Source of the DNA: Octopus vulgaris | Lineage: Eukaryota | Assembly (NCBI GenBank): GCA_951406725.2 | Contig: OX597814.1 | Location: 108,810,001 to 108,874,000 of the forward strand | Direction of reading: 5' to 3' | Length of the DNA stretch: 64,000 bases | Shown: piece by piece, positions 12,205 to 24,454 of the stretch | How the letters are laid out: each line of letters opens with the position of its first letter | Numbering within the stretch: position 1 is the first letter of the stretch | Program-made: the position numbers and the translations under genes | Notes under the pieces: generated by a model | Seen by the model: only the letters and a program-made list of their open reading frames with translations | Database searches by the model: none | What the model was told of the DNA's origin: nothing

Positions 12205-12596
12205 ATTCTTTTATTTGTTTAAGTCATTTGACTGTGGCTATGTTGGAGCACCACCTTTAGTTGAACAAATCAATGCTAGGACTTATTCTTCGTAAGCCTA
12301 GTACTTATTCTATCGATCTTTTTTTGTGGAACTGATAGGTTACAGGGATGTAAACCCAGCAATATCAGTTGTCAAGCGATGGTGGGGGAACAAACACAGA
12401 CACACAAACACACACACACACATAAAAACACACAACAGGCTCCTTTCTGTTTCCGTCTACCAAATCCACTCACAATGTTTTGATCGGCCCAAGGCTATAG
12501 TGCAAGACACTTGCCCAAGGTGTCATGAAGTGGAACTGAACCCGGAACCATGTGGTTGGTAAGCAAGCTACTTATCACATAGCCACTCCTGCACCT
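12205..12596 (-). mobile_element. SINE family A
   Basis: Reverse complement of the 981-1388 family, full length. Confidence 0.88.
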
Positions 12597-12597
12597 A

Positions 12598-12634
<37 letters not shown>

Positions 12635-13002
12635 TAGATAGATGTATAGTTATATATATATAATAGCAGCTCCTTTTATATAATAATAATAATGAGCTTA
12701 TACATTACTATTATTAACACTTTATTACACACACACTTCGTTTTAACATCCATCCTTCCATGCTTGCATATATATACATCTACACTAACCTCCTTTGTGT
12801 TCTCACTGTCCTTCTCATGCATGAACAGGTGCTAGCTCTGTAGAAGTAACGCACCATATTTTGCAAGTGATGGCCTGGTTTTGTGGGAGAGGTGGGACAG
12901 TTTCATGTGAGATAGGTGACAGCTGCGTAGACAGGATGGGCGTTATTATGAGCAAAGTCTGTTAGGAGGGCAGTAGGGATAAAAGGTATTATTAGAAAAA
13001 GG

Positions 13003-13200
13003 TGGTGCGCTGACAGAATTGTTAGCATGCTGGGCAAAATGCTTAGCAGTATTTCATCTGTCTTTACATTCTGAGTTCAAATTCTGCTGAAGTTGGTTTT
13101 GCCTTCTATCCTTTTGGGGTCGATAAATTAAGTAAAACTAGAATTGGTGCTATCAACTTACTCCTCCCCTAAAATTATTGGCTTTGTGCTAAAATTTGAA
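13003..13200 (+). mobile_element. SINE family B (tRNA-like head, GACTTTGCCTTTCATCC core)
   Basis: GCTGACAGAATTGTTAGCA..GAGTTCAAATTC..GGGGTCGATAAATTAAGTA; same family at 14085-14720, 24930, 48830, 54110, 54797. Confidence 0.75.
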
Positions 13201-13269
13201 AGCAGTGCCATTGTTATTATCATTATTATTAAGGTAATGAGCTCTTAATGCTTCAGAGAGAATACTTCA

Positions 13270-14082
13270 GAGAGAATGCTCCACTGGATGTATAATGTCA
13301 ATGTGTATACACAACAGAGTGTAAGCACCCTGAGAGAAAAGTTGGACATAAGAAGCATCAGATGTGATATGCAAGAGTGACGACTGCACTGGTATGATCA
13401 TCTGCTGTGTATGGATGAGGATAGCTGTGTGAAAAAGTGCCATACTCTAACACAGGAGGGAACATGTGGAAAGGATAGACTGAGGAAGACCTTGGATGAG
13501 GTGGTGAAGCACGATCAACAAATGGGCCTCACGGAGACAAAGACAAGTGACTGAGACCTTTGGAGATATACTGTGCTTGAGAAGACTCGGCAAGCTGAGT
13601 GAGGCTGTAGCTGTGGCTTATGTCAGTGTCACATAACTGGCCCATTTAAGAGTACCCTTCAATCATTGGGCAATAAACTGTGCTTGAGGAGACCTGTTGG
13701 GTCAAGTGAAACCATTGTTGGAGTTGATTCCAGTACTGCATGACTGGCACCCTTGCTGGTGGCATGTAAAAAGTACCATTCAAGCATGGTCAGTGCCAGT
13801 CTCAACAGATTGGCTCTCGTGTTAGTGGCATGTAAAAAGCACCATTTGATCATGGTCACTGCCAGTGCTGCCTGACTGGCCCCTGTGCCAGTGACACGTA
13901 AAAAGCATCCACTACAATTTCTCGGAGTGGTTGGCGTTAGGAAGGGTATTCAGCTGTAGAAACCTTACCAGATCAAGTTGGAGCCTGGTGCAGCCTCCTG
14001 GCTTGCCAACCCTCAGTCAAACCGTCCAACCCATGCCAGCATGGAAAGCAGACGTTAAACGAAGATAATGATGATGACGATG
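13270..14082 (+). mobile_element. RTE LINE 3' fragment with 3' UTR and (GAT)n tail
   Basis: Homologous to the 3915-4760 end of the long RTE copy. Confidence 0.88.
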
Positions 14083-14084
14083 AT

Positions 14085-14725
14085 TCCTTCTGGCTCTTTA
14101 CAGTCTGAGTTCAAATTCTGTCAAGGTCAACTTTGCCTTCTATCCCTTCAGGGTTGATAAATTAAGTGCCAGTTATGCACTGGGGTTGATGCAATTGACT
14201 TATCCCCACCCCCAAAATTTCAGGCTTTGTGCCTATAATAGAAAAGATAGTTATTATCATTATTATTAAGGTAACAAGCTGTTAGTGCATCAGAGAAAGT
14301 ACTTAGCGCTATTTCTTCTGGCTCTTTACATCCTGAGTTCAGATCCCACCAAAGTCAACTCTGCCTTTCATACTCTTGGGGACAATAAAATAAACTATTA
14401 GTCAAGTACTGGGGTCAGTGTAATCAACTAAGTCCCTCCTCTTAGAATTACTGGCCCTGTACCAAAATTTCAAGTAATAATTATCAACAGAATTATTAAT
14501 TTCAAATAATAATTATTGACATTATTATTATTTCTTAGATGGCAGAATTGTTACTGTATCTGCTAAAATGCTTTGTGACATTTTCCCCAGCTCTTTACAT
14601 CCTGAGTTCAAATTCTGCAAAGGTTGAATTTACTTTTCATTCTTTCAGGGTCAATAAAATAAGTTGAGCACTGGGGTTGATGTACTCCCCTAAAAATTGA
14701 TGGCCTTATGTTAAAATTTGAAACC
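14085..14725 (+). mobile_element. Cluster of three SINE family B copies separated by (ATT)n tails
   Basis: Three repeats of CTGAGTTCAAATTC..CTTTGCCTT..GGGGT..ATAAA. Confidence 0.75.
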
Positions 14726-15104
14726 ATTATTATTATTTCTTTAGTAGGTTAATAAAGAAAAGAGTTTCATGTGAGTTTCTACTGCATCACCTGGTGCCCC
14801 CTCCATGTTCCTGAGGTGTATGCAGCATTGTGTTCTTATTTTTATGGAAATTTGGGAAGAATAGACTCCTCCTGTTTTTTTGCACTGCACCGTTTTGTTT
14901 TGTCATGGGGTTCAGTTTATTGTTTCATGTTATATTACTTTTCTGTTTTGTGAAGTGTTTAATGTAGGTCATGTTATCTAAATTAGGTATTAATCTTGTA
15001 TATATTGTATGAATTGTGTTGTTTTAGATTATTAGATGCTTATTGTATAAGGTGTGTGTTATGTGTGAAGATGGTTCTATTTGATCTAGTCTATTGAATT
15101 ATGC

Positions 15105-15400
15105 ACTGTTCTATTGAATCGATAATGCCTTGCATAAGGTGGAGGCTGTTCCTAGCGAGCTTATTATTTTTTTGGAAAGTGTGTAGTTTGTGAGCCCTGG
15201 TTTCTTTTCATATTTTTTCAATCAAGCCTAATGCTCCAATTACTAGTGGTATTCTTTTCCCCCTCACACATCACATTTTGAATATTTTAATCTCAAGGTC
15301 CTTACATTTTGATAGTTTTTCCACTTCTTTTCAGGCAACATTTTCATCAGAATGGATTGTGATATCTATGCATGTGTTTATTTTACAATTTTATTATTGT
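15105..15400 (-). mobile_element. R4/Dong-clade LINE restriction-like endonuclease fragment
   Basis: Minus-strand peptides IDITIHSDENV, EVEKLSK.KDLEI, IPLVIGALG, LGTASTL.KAL. Confidence 0.7.
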
Positions 15401-15448
15401 TTGGAGGGTTTGCTTTGATTTCTTTCTTTGTTTTGACAAGCAGCTCCC

Positions 15449-15499
<51 letters not shown>

Positions 15500-15500
<1 letters not shown>

Positions 15501-15843
15501 TCATATACACTTAACAGATTAGACTGCTGGAAAAGAAATATTTCTAACATTGGGCTTCAAGTTATCCTCTTAAGTATCCTAGCTGTCCCTAATAACACTG
15601 TTTTCTGGGGCTGTACTAAACTGGGTTTAATGTCTATTTCCTGTATCCATCTGTTCAAATCTTCGGGGATAATTCCTAATGTATCTATAACTACTGGGAT
15701 ACATTTAACCCACACTTTCCATAATCTCTGTAATTCAATGGCTAGGTCCTAGTACTTTGCTATTTTCCCTATACCTCTCATATTGACTTTCACATCATTT
15801 GGGACTGTTAAGTCAATTATCTGGCACTTTCTATTCTCTTTAT

Positions 15844-15884
<41 letters not shown>

Positions 15885-16100
15885 GCTGCTGCTGCAGCTG
15901 CTGCAGCTGCTGCTACTACCACCACCACCACCATCACCTCCTCCTCCTCCTCCTCATGCCTTCTAGCTTCCATTACTCTGTCAGTCTGAATGTTAAAGTC
16001 TCACAACATCTTATATTTTTTACTTTCTAGTACTTTACTAGGTTCGTGTTCATACCATTTATTGGTATGTTCAAATCCTAGCTTTCTACATAACTCCCAT
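15500..16100 (-). mobile_element. R4/Dong-clade LINE 3' fragment between (TAA)n tracts
   Basis: WYEHEPSKVLE..DFNIQTDRVMEARR..VVDKENRKCQIIDLTVPND..KY*DLAIELQRLWK..IPVVI..QKTVLLGTARIL; (ATT)n on both sides. Confidence 0.85.
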
Positions 16101-16119
16101 TATTATTATTAGTATCATA

Positions 16120-16975
16120 AAGGGATGTGTTCTGCTTGTCAGACAGTCCATCTACTGTCAACACCTGTTGAGTAAAGGACTGAGCATGCCATAGCTAATG
16201 ATGCACAGGCATGCACAGAGACTGCGATATCTCCAGCATTCTCTTAACAGTGAGCAGGTGTGGTCGCCATTTCTCAAACAGTATTTTCCGCAGCTTATCT
16301 CATTGATGGAGCTACAGTCCTGAATCAAGCATAGACCAAGAAAGGGCACTTGGCACCTGGAGTGCCAGCAAGCACTCACAGCTTTCTGCCTGTTGAGCAA
16401 CGCGGTCTGTGGAAGTTCCATTATGGACTTCTACAGGGGACTAGTGACAGGCAAGAGCGACAATGTTCTCGGGGAAACTCTGGGGGTCAGGAGGGGTCAA
16501 TTAATTGGTCTTTTCTGGAGGACTTTCAGGCCAAGGCCTATGGATAACTTCCAGAAATTCCTGATCTGGCAGTGCCACTGGGGAGCTCTGCTGGTTTGAG
16601 ACAAACTCTACAGACACAGAAGTGCCGTTTAGTCAGACCTCTCTGTGGTGTGTGCAGGGCAATAAAAGCATCCTGCATACACTCGTCCAGTGTCCATGCA
16701 TTACTGACTTGCAGAGCTTTGTCAAACAGCTGTTGTCATATGTAGGATAGATCAAGTTATCAGCCACATCCATTGTGAGGATTGTCCTGCTGCCTTCCTT
16801 TGGCCTGGAGGGAAAGACAGTTTTCCTCAGCCTGGTGGCTATGGCAAAAGAGGTAGTGTGGTGGACGAGGCTGAAAAGACTGAAGACAGATACTTTCCTC
16901 TTTGGTCAAGCCCTCATCAATTTTTACAAGTTCCACTTGAAAAGGAAAGTGAGGGTGGAGAGGGCAGTACAAACC
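16120..16975 (+). mobile_element. Tx1/L1-clade LINE C-terminal fragment
   Basis: MDNFQKFLIWQCHWGAL.V.DKL, SILH.LVQC and VAMAKEVVWWTR pattern typical of the Tx1/L1 C-terminal zinc-binding region; stops and frameshifts. Confidence 0.65.
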
Positions 16976-16982
16976 CGGACCT

Positions 16983-17260
16983 ATGCTTAAAATCAGACCC
17001 ATAGTATCAGGAATTAATGGTCCTTTCTATAAGATTTATTGGCTCCTCTCTAAACTCCTCAAGCCCTTACTACACGCATACCCCAGACACATCAGCAGCT
17101 CCCACGAAATCTTCACAAGACTCAAAGATGTCGACCCCTCCATACTTAAAACGAACAAATACCATTTTAGTTTAGACGTAATTTCCCTCTACACCTCTGT
17201 ACTCACTCTCCTGGCTGCTGATATCCTCATAGACCACATCATGTCTTTATCTCTCCCCAC
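16983..17260 (+). mobile_element. Penelope-like element reverse transcriptase fragment
   Basis: KIRPIVSGINGP..LSKLLKPL..FSLDVISLYTSV matches PLE RT motifs (RPIVS; SLDV.SLYT). Confidence 0.85.
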
Positions 17261-18620
17261 ACCTCCAGAACTGTGTGGTTGGGAAGCAAGCAAAATATGT
17301 TAGGTGTAACTAGTCAGGAGATAAGCTGAGAAGAGAGGAACATTTTTTAGTTTAAAAAATTTTTTTGCTTATTGAGATCTAAAGGAAGGGACAGTGCTCC
17401 TAACCTTTAGATATTGTTTGAGACTGGAGAGCTTGATGCCACAAATTTTATGTTTGAACTGTTCTTCATTCAATATGTTTATCCTCTCACCCATTCCCCA
17501 TCTTTCACTCTCCCAATACACCTGTGCAAACTCTACCCTCTCACACTCTAAGTTCTGTTACCTCTGCCATCCATTTACATCTTCACATCTCATTTGTTGA
17601 GAGTCTACACAAATGCTTTATCACAACTATTTTTATGTCTTCTCCAATCATTTCTCACCTGCTCTTCTAAAATATGTAATGTGAGTTGCAAGGTTTTATG
17701 CTGGCCCCTTCTCTCATAATCTTACCTTTTGTCTGCTAACATAAAACTGCCCCTCCTAGGGTGCATAGTCTTGCAAGCTGTATAGTGACATTGTTAGTGC
17801 TGACAGCATGAAAAATGCAGCCATGCTGCAAAGTGTTTGGTGTTATGAAGGACACCTAGGTGTAGAAACCATGCAACATTCCACATTAACTACATGAGAC
17901 GACCTTTCCACCTGCCTACCTTCATTAGCCCACACTAATGGCTGTGTAAAATATGGGAGATTTTTTCCGATATTATATACAGCCATTGGTGGGGTGCTAG
18001 TGAAGCTAGCCAAATAGTAATGATAACATCATGTAGCTACTGTGTTGTTTTTGCTTTTTTAATTGGATCCCGTGTTTTTACTGCTCTAAGCACCTTGTCA
18101 AAGACTGATGCTAAAGCTCATACTCTATTTAGGTGTTGTTTGCCCTCATTATTGGTTCTGTGGCACAAACTTCAAGAAGCTGCAAGTGAAAGTCTCTTTC
18201 ATGAGATCAAATGCCAACATTCAGCGCAGAGGACATTAGCATTACATGTAAGTCTGACCTTTGACCTTGAAGCATGCAAACAATTAATTGGTTTATTGGG
18301 TCACTTTTTGAATTGTTATGTCGAAGAATGTTACTGTTCTTGATATGGGTGTCATCATTGTTTTAACATCCAATCTAATATTGCTTGCATGGGTCAGATG
18401 GAGTCTGTTGAGGTAGATTTTCAATGGATGGATGCCCCTTCTTGTTGCCAACCCTCACCTATTTCCAACCAAGGTAGTATTTCCTCTTGGCTAGACATGT
18501 TTTTTCACAGAATATTGGAAATGAATGGCATTGCTTGTATGCCATTCACACTCATTTACAATTTCCATGTGATTGTGATGTTCAGACAAGGAGACACAAA
18601 CATACACACACTGCCCTCCC

Positions 18621-18667
<47 letters not shown>

Positions 18668-18694
18668 TATATATATATAATAATAAATAAATAT

Positions 18695-18938
18695 GCCCTT
18701 TTAAAGCCTAGCCAAGCTCATGGGCCCGGTTTCCTGGTTTCAATGGCATATGTGTTCCCCAGCTGGATGGGATGCGAGTCCATAGCAGCGTTACTCATTT
18801 TTGCCAGCTGAGTGAACTGGAGCAACATGAAATGAAGTGTTTTACTCAAGAACACAATGCATCGCCCGGTCCAGGATTCGAAACCACAATCTTACGATTA
18901 TGATGCTGACACCTTAACCACTAAGCCACACGCCTCCA
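18695..18938 (-). mobile_element. tRNA-derived SINE family C
   Basis: Minus strand GTGGAGGCGTGTGGCTTAGTGGTTAAGG..GGTTTCGAATCC..GTGTTCTTGAGTAAAACACTT; related copies at 28475, 47650, 58236. Confidence 0.82.
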
Positions 18939-19082
18939 CTATATATACATACAAGTATGGTGATGTAAACAGGAAAAATAGAATTCAAAATATGAGTATA
19001 TGTATATTTTTATTAATATTTAGCAGAAGCAATAGAGTTGAGAATTTCATGTATTGGAACTTATCACAATTTTATATATATA

Positions 19083-19596
19083 CTAGCAGTATCACCCGGC
19101 GTTGCTCGGGTTTGTAAGGGAAATAACTATATAAGCATTTTTAGAGAGTTACTTCCCTTATAGATGCGAATTCGGGCTTTCTTAGCCATTTCTGTTTTGG
19201 TGTCTTCAAGCCATGAAGTCGTTGTTCTAAAAGAACGCTGGTCTCCTTGACAACGCTTTACGACGTTGATTTCCTTACACTCCCTTCCCCACAGCTTCAC
19301 GAGGGAGGGAAGAAGGGGAGAAGCAAACAGGTGCAGGTGTGACCATGAACGCCAACTCCGCTGCCATCGACACACGAAAAATTATGCATTAAAATGGAAT
19401 AAAAAATTATGTTAAATTATTTTTAAAATCGTAGACTCATCGTAGACGCGCGCTAATACTCAGACGGGCTCGATATGAATCACGACTATAAGATACCCGA
19501 ATTTGGTTAAACTGCACCGCAAAATGTGGGAGTAGTTAGGAATCTAAATCGAAGGGGACAGACACTCACACAACTACAGTTTTATATATATATAGA
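19083..19596 (-). mobile_element. Non-autonomous Helitron (514 bp)
   Basis: Minus strand starts A|TCTATATATATATAAAA and ends hairpin CCCGAGCAACGCCGGG then CTAG|T; AT target, no TSD; CpG-rich interior. Confidence 0.85.
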
Positions 19597-19607
19597 TATA
19601 TATATAT

Positions 19608-19820
19608 CATCATCATCATCATTTAATGTCCATTGTCCATGCTAGCATGGATTGGATGGTTTGACCAGAGCTGGCAAACTGGAGAGCTGCACCAGGACCC
19701 AATCTAATTTGGCATGGCTTCTATGGTTGGATACCTTTCCTAACACCAACCGCTTTACACAGTGTGCTGGATGCTTTAATGTGGCACTCCATGCGTGCTT
19801 TTATGTGGCACCAGTATGAA
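19608..19820 (-). mobile_element. RTE 3' UTR/tail fragment
   Basis: (ATC)n then TCCATGCTAGCATGG..CCTAACACCAAC, as in the RTE tail at 3915-4100. Confidence 0.75.
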
Positions 19821-20685
19821 AGGCAAACTCGACCTTGGCAGAAATTTAATTCAAAATGTAGCGGCAGACAAAATACCACTAAACATTTCGCCCGGCATGC
19901 TAACGATTCTGCCAGCTCACCACCTTAATGAGGAGGATAGTTTATCTCTCTCTGCCACATGAAGTATGCTTTTTACTATAGATGCAAGGCCTGAAATTAT
20001 AGGGAGAGGCTAGTGAATTATATCGACCCCAGTGCTCCACTGGTGTTTCTTTCTTCAACCCTGCGAGGATGAAAGGCAAAGGTGATTTCAATAGGATTTA
20101 TACTTAGAATGTAGAAGTGCTTTTTACATGGCACCATCACATGACTCTTGCAGGCCAATCTTCTTCACCAGGGGGAGTAGCCTTAATACTTCTGCTGGGG
20201 AGTATAGGTCTCCTTGAATACAGCAAGGCACCAGCCATCTCAGTCCTTTGTCATTTCATCTGAAGTCGTCCTTCAGTACTATATGTGTCTGTGTTGTGAT
20301 AATAATGGTTGTCCATTCATAACCACAGAAGACCATCACTGACCATTGCCCATGCAAAAAGCCAGCAATGCCTGTGTATGAGGTTAATGTACTAGCAGTT
20401 GGCTTTGTGTCCACAGCTTCCATGCTCCCTGTGGAGCCCTACTATTCAATCAGGCATCAGAGAGTCGCCTTGCTGGTGATTGCACAACCAAAAATTTTGG
20501 GTCCAATAAGGTTAGCACAGCACCTCATAATTCCATAATTCAGAGATAAGCCAGTGCTAGATATCTAGTGCCAATAAGCATCACAGGCTCAAGAATGTGG
20601 GAGTGCCATGGCCTCAAGCACAAGCAAAGATCCTCAATATATTCAATGCCATTCCTTGCATATTTGGTTTTATATCAGTGACCTT

Positions 20686-21060
20686 CCAGTTCTATATTTA
20701 AGAGATGAGGAATTATGCACATTATTTACATTTGTCGGATATTTGTCCTCATCTTGTTTGTTGTTAACACAACGTTTCGGCTGATATATCCTCCAGCCTT
20801 CATCAGGTATCTTGGGGAAATTTCGAACCTGGGTTCTCATTCCTAAAGTATTTTTCGATGTTATTAATGTTGTTGTTGTTGTTGTTGTTGTTCAAGTCAC
20901 TGCTTGGAATCGAACTCTCCGAGTTCAATTCCAGTCAGTAATCTGAATAATGAATAGCATCGAAAAATTCCTAAATAACTTAGGAATGAGAACCCAGGTT
21001 CGATATTTCCCCAAGACACCTGATGAAGGCTGGAGAGTATATCAGCCGAAACATGTTAAC
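20686..21060. mobile_element. Fold-back element with tRNA B-box, hammerhead motif and PLE-like tail (family H1)
   Basis: 20763-20915 is the reverse complement of 20920-21060; B-box GAGTTCGATTCC at the centre; CTGATGA..GAAAC in both arms; terminus recurs at 53328-53436. Confidence 0.75.
20766..20811 (-). ncRNA. Minimal hammerhead ribozyme motif lacking stem III
   Basis: Minus strand GAUAC-CUGAUGA-A-GGCUG-loop-CAGCC-GAAAC-GUU-GUGUU; stem I GAUAC/GUGUU pairs with G-U wobbles; sister copy at 21015-21056 (+) damaged after GAAAC. Confidence 0.65.
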
Positions 21061-21061
21061 A

Positions 21062-21317
21062 TGCAAGTAGCATGTCAAAAACATCTTTTGAGCATGGTCA
21101 TTGCCAGAACTGCTCGAGTAGCCCTCATGCCAGTGACATGTAAAAGCACCCACTACACTCTCAGAGTGGTTGGCGTTAGGAAGAGTATCCAGGTGTAGAA
21201 ACTTTGCCAGATCAGATTGAGCCTGGGGCATCCTTCTGGCTCACCAGTCCTCAATCAAACCGTCCAACCCATGCCAGCATAGAAAGCAACTGTTAAACGA
21301 TGATGATGATGATGATA
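21062..21317 (+). mobile_element. RTE 3' UTR/tail fragment
   Basis: GTGGTTGGCGTTAGGAAG..CCAACCCATGCCAGCAT..(GAT)n. Confidence 0.85.
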
Positions 21318-21320
21318 ATA

Positions 21321-23058
21321 TATAGAAAAAATAGAAGTTGAAAATGCACTGAGATTATTTAAAATTTTTTTATCATATTCAAAGATTTAACCAGTTTCAC
21401 AGTTTACAATGATTTCCAAAAGTTGAAATAGAAAGACGTGGCTTATGCTGCAACTGTCTTGCTTCTGGCTAGTGTTTGAAGCTTGCCCTATTTTCATAGG
21501 AAGTGCATGGCTCAGATTAGTACATGTTTTGGCTAGGACTTGATTGGTAAAGGATAGTCACATGACTATCTGCCTTGATTTGAATTTGTACGTTGTGTCT
21601 TCAATAATGCTGATGCATGTCCTGTAATTGGGGTATCCACACTTTCTGACTGTTGATGTAGGAATTAGAGTGTAATTAGAGTGCCTATGTCCATATGTTA
21701 ATGTCTGTGTGTTAATGTCAAGTGACAATGTTTAGTGTTGTAAGTCAAAGCTGACTCAGTTGAGTGAACATGTCTAGTGACAGTACCAAACAATCAATGC
21801 TCTGTATGTTTTCTGTCAAGTGTTGTAGAGAATGATCATATGATTCAAGTTTAGAATCTTTTGTATGTTTCCCACAATGTCCATACATTAGTGTCATGTG
21901 ATGATATATTTTGCACAGAAAATTAAGGCTGACATGGTTGAGTGAACATGTTTAGTTACAGTCAAGGCACTCTAATTACAGTTAAATTACCTTCCCCAAT
22001 TCCTATACCAACAGTCAGAAAGTGTGGACACCCCAATTGCAGGACATGCATCAGCCTTATTGAAGACACAACATACAAATTCAAATCAAGACAGATTTTT
22101 ACCATTAAAAAATCATCCTACATTTTCTCCAAAAAATTTAATATATGTTATTAAATGTCAAGGATGTAATGAAGATTACATTGGTCAAACAAAGCTTACT
22201 TTCAGAAATAGACTGACCATTCACTGACTACAAAAATGAAACTCCAGTACTAGACAGATTCCACTGAGTGGACACATAGACATATGTACAAAAAATAAGT
22301 CCCTCAAATTCCAGTTCTTCCCACTCTACCTTTTTTCAGTGAATACCACAGATGAAACATAGATAATCAGAGAAAATACATTCATGCAAAAATACAAACT
22401 AAGATTTAACAAACCTTAATGGAGTACATACACAAATAACTATTCACACAAAAAACTCGTTCTGCCACTTAACAAGTGAATCTACACAGCTAACAACCTA
22501 AACTTTAGCCACTGGACTACATACAAATGATGCTTGTCCACTCTTCCATCTGGCAGATTAAATCTAGAGTGCCTTGACTATAAACTTGTTCACTCAATTG
22601 TGTTGGCCTTAATTTTCAGTGCAAAATATACTGTCATGGGACACTAACACATGGACATTGTGGGAAATGTACAAAAGGTTCTAAACTTGAATCCCATGAT
22701 CATTCTCTACAATACTTGACAGAAAACATTCACAGCATTGATTATTTTGTACTGTCACTTGACATTAACATATGGACATAGCGGGGAGCCTACAAAAATT
22801 TCCAAGACAGATAGTCATGTGACTATCCTTTACCAATCAAGTCCTAGCCAAAACATGTACTAATCTGAGCCATGCACTTCCTATGAAAATAGGGCAAGCT
22901 TCAAACACTAGTAAGAAGTAGGACAGTTGCAGCATAAGCCACGTCTTTATTTCAACTTTTGGAAATCAATGTAAACTGTGAAACTGGTTAAATCTTTGAA
23001 TATGATAAAAAATTTTTAAATAATCTCAGTGCATTTTCAACTTCTATTTTTTCTATAT
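21321..23058 (+). mobile_element. Penelope-like element 3' part (GIY-YIG endonuclease) with nested inverted terminal duplications
   Basis: 21990-22419 encodes KCGHPNCRTC..NLIYVIKCQGCNEDYIGQTK..RLTIH..HID.C..RENTFMQKYK..FN; 21321-21577 is the reverse complement of 22803-23058. Confidence 0.88.
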
Positions 23059-24454
23059 TCCTACCTGTGTGGAATAAAATAACTTTATATATATATATAT
23101 ATATATATATGTGATGTGTTGTGGATTTATGGAAAGAAATCCCATAAAACTCAACAATTTTGTTAAAAATGGAGACGAGAGGGTGTTAAAATACATAAGA
23201 GTATTTTAATTCATGCAGATGATGAGTTCATGCAGATATAAAATTCATGCAAATTCATGGTTGAATTAAATTGATTAAATTAATTATATATCACAGTACT
23301 CTTCAGTGGAAAAAGTATAAACAAATTTTTTACAAAGGACTTGATAAAGGAAATAGCAGAATAGAATCTAGGAGATTCATATTTATCCTTATGAGAAACA
23401 AAGAGATGTGAGAGTGTTAGGTATTAACTAAAACTCCAGTTAGGTAGGTATTAACCATAACTAAAGGCTATAATGGCTATTTGAAAATATAAATAAAAGA
23501 GGTTTCAAATATGATCCCTCTATTGATGAGTGTATATATATATAGTTAATCCAAACATGAAAACACAAAGAGAAAACACAACTCGAGGACGTGGAACAAG
23601 TATAGTGTTATTGGACACTCAAGAAAGGAAAGAAATATATATGGTGGGCTCCTTTCACTTTCTGTTTACTAAATATACTCGGAAGATTTAATCAAACTTG
23701 GGGCTATAGTAGAAGACACTTGTCCAAGATGCCAAACTGTAGGACAGAACCTGATACCAGAGGAACAACCAAAATACCTGAAGCCTCATCGAGTACATAA
23801 GTACATTGTAGAGTGCAGGAATGGCTGATATTAAATGAAGGTGAGTTGCAGACCAGTTCAACATAGGCCAGAATGGAGGAGGGGTGGGGGCAAAAAACAG
23901 TTGAAATACTGATGTTGCTGATAATATAGGAAATGGTGGTGGGGATACTGGTGTCGGTGGGTTGTATCTGTAGTAGTGGTGGTGGTGATGGTGAGAGTGC
24001 TGGTAGTTGTGCTATCATTGGGGGTGGGGCTGTTGCTGCTGCTGCTGCTTGTGTTTGATGTTGGTAGTGGTGGTGGTGCTGCTTTATGGTGGTAGTGGTG
24101 ATGATGATGATGATGAAGGTGATGAATAAGAAATTACTTTAATGAATACCATGTATTGATTTTCTCAAGATCATAACAGTTTGATAAATTAGCAGAAGCT
24201 TTATGGTCATTTTTTTTACAGGGTGATGAGTGGGTTGTATGGAGTAAGAAGTTGTGAAAGTCATTACTTTCCATCCACCTCATTAAGATCAGTAGTGACA
24301 TCGACAGAATAAATAAATTCCATTGTGCAACTCAAACCAAGTAGCAGACTTCATTCATCAACAACCTCCTCTCAAAATATCCATTCCCATCCTTTCTACT
24401 AAGGATTTTTTACCTTGGCAGAGTTGATAAAATATAAGGATTACCATATTTGAT

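Noticed and set aside
22945-22995. Possible hammerhead in the GIY-YIG PLE terminal repeat (GTGAAACTGGTTAAA)
   Set aside because: The GAAAC half is present but neither arm has a CUGANGA core
23704-24018. 104-aa minus-strand ORF
   Set aside because: Starts in trinucleotide low-complexity sequence and ends in a SINE fragment; no recognisable domain
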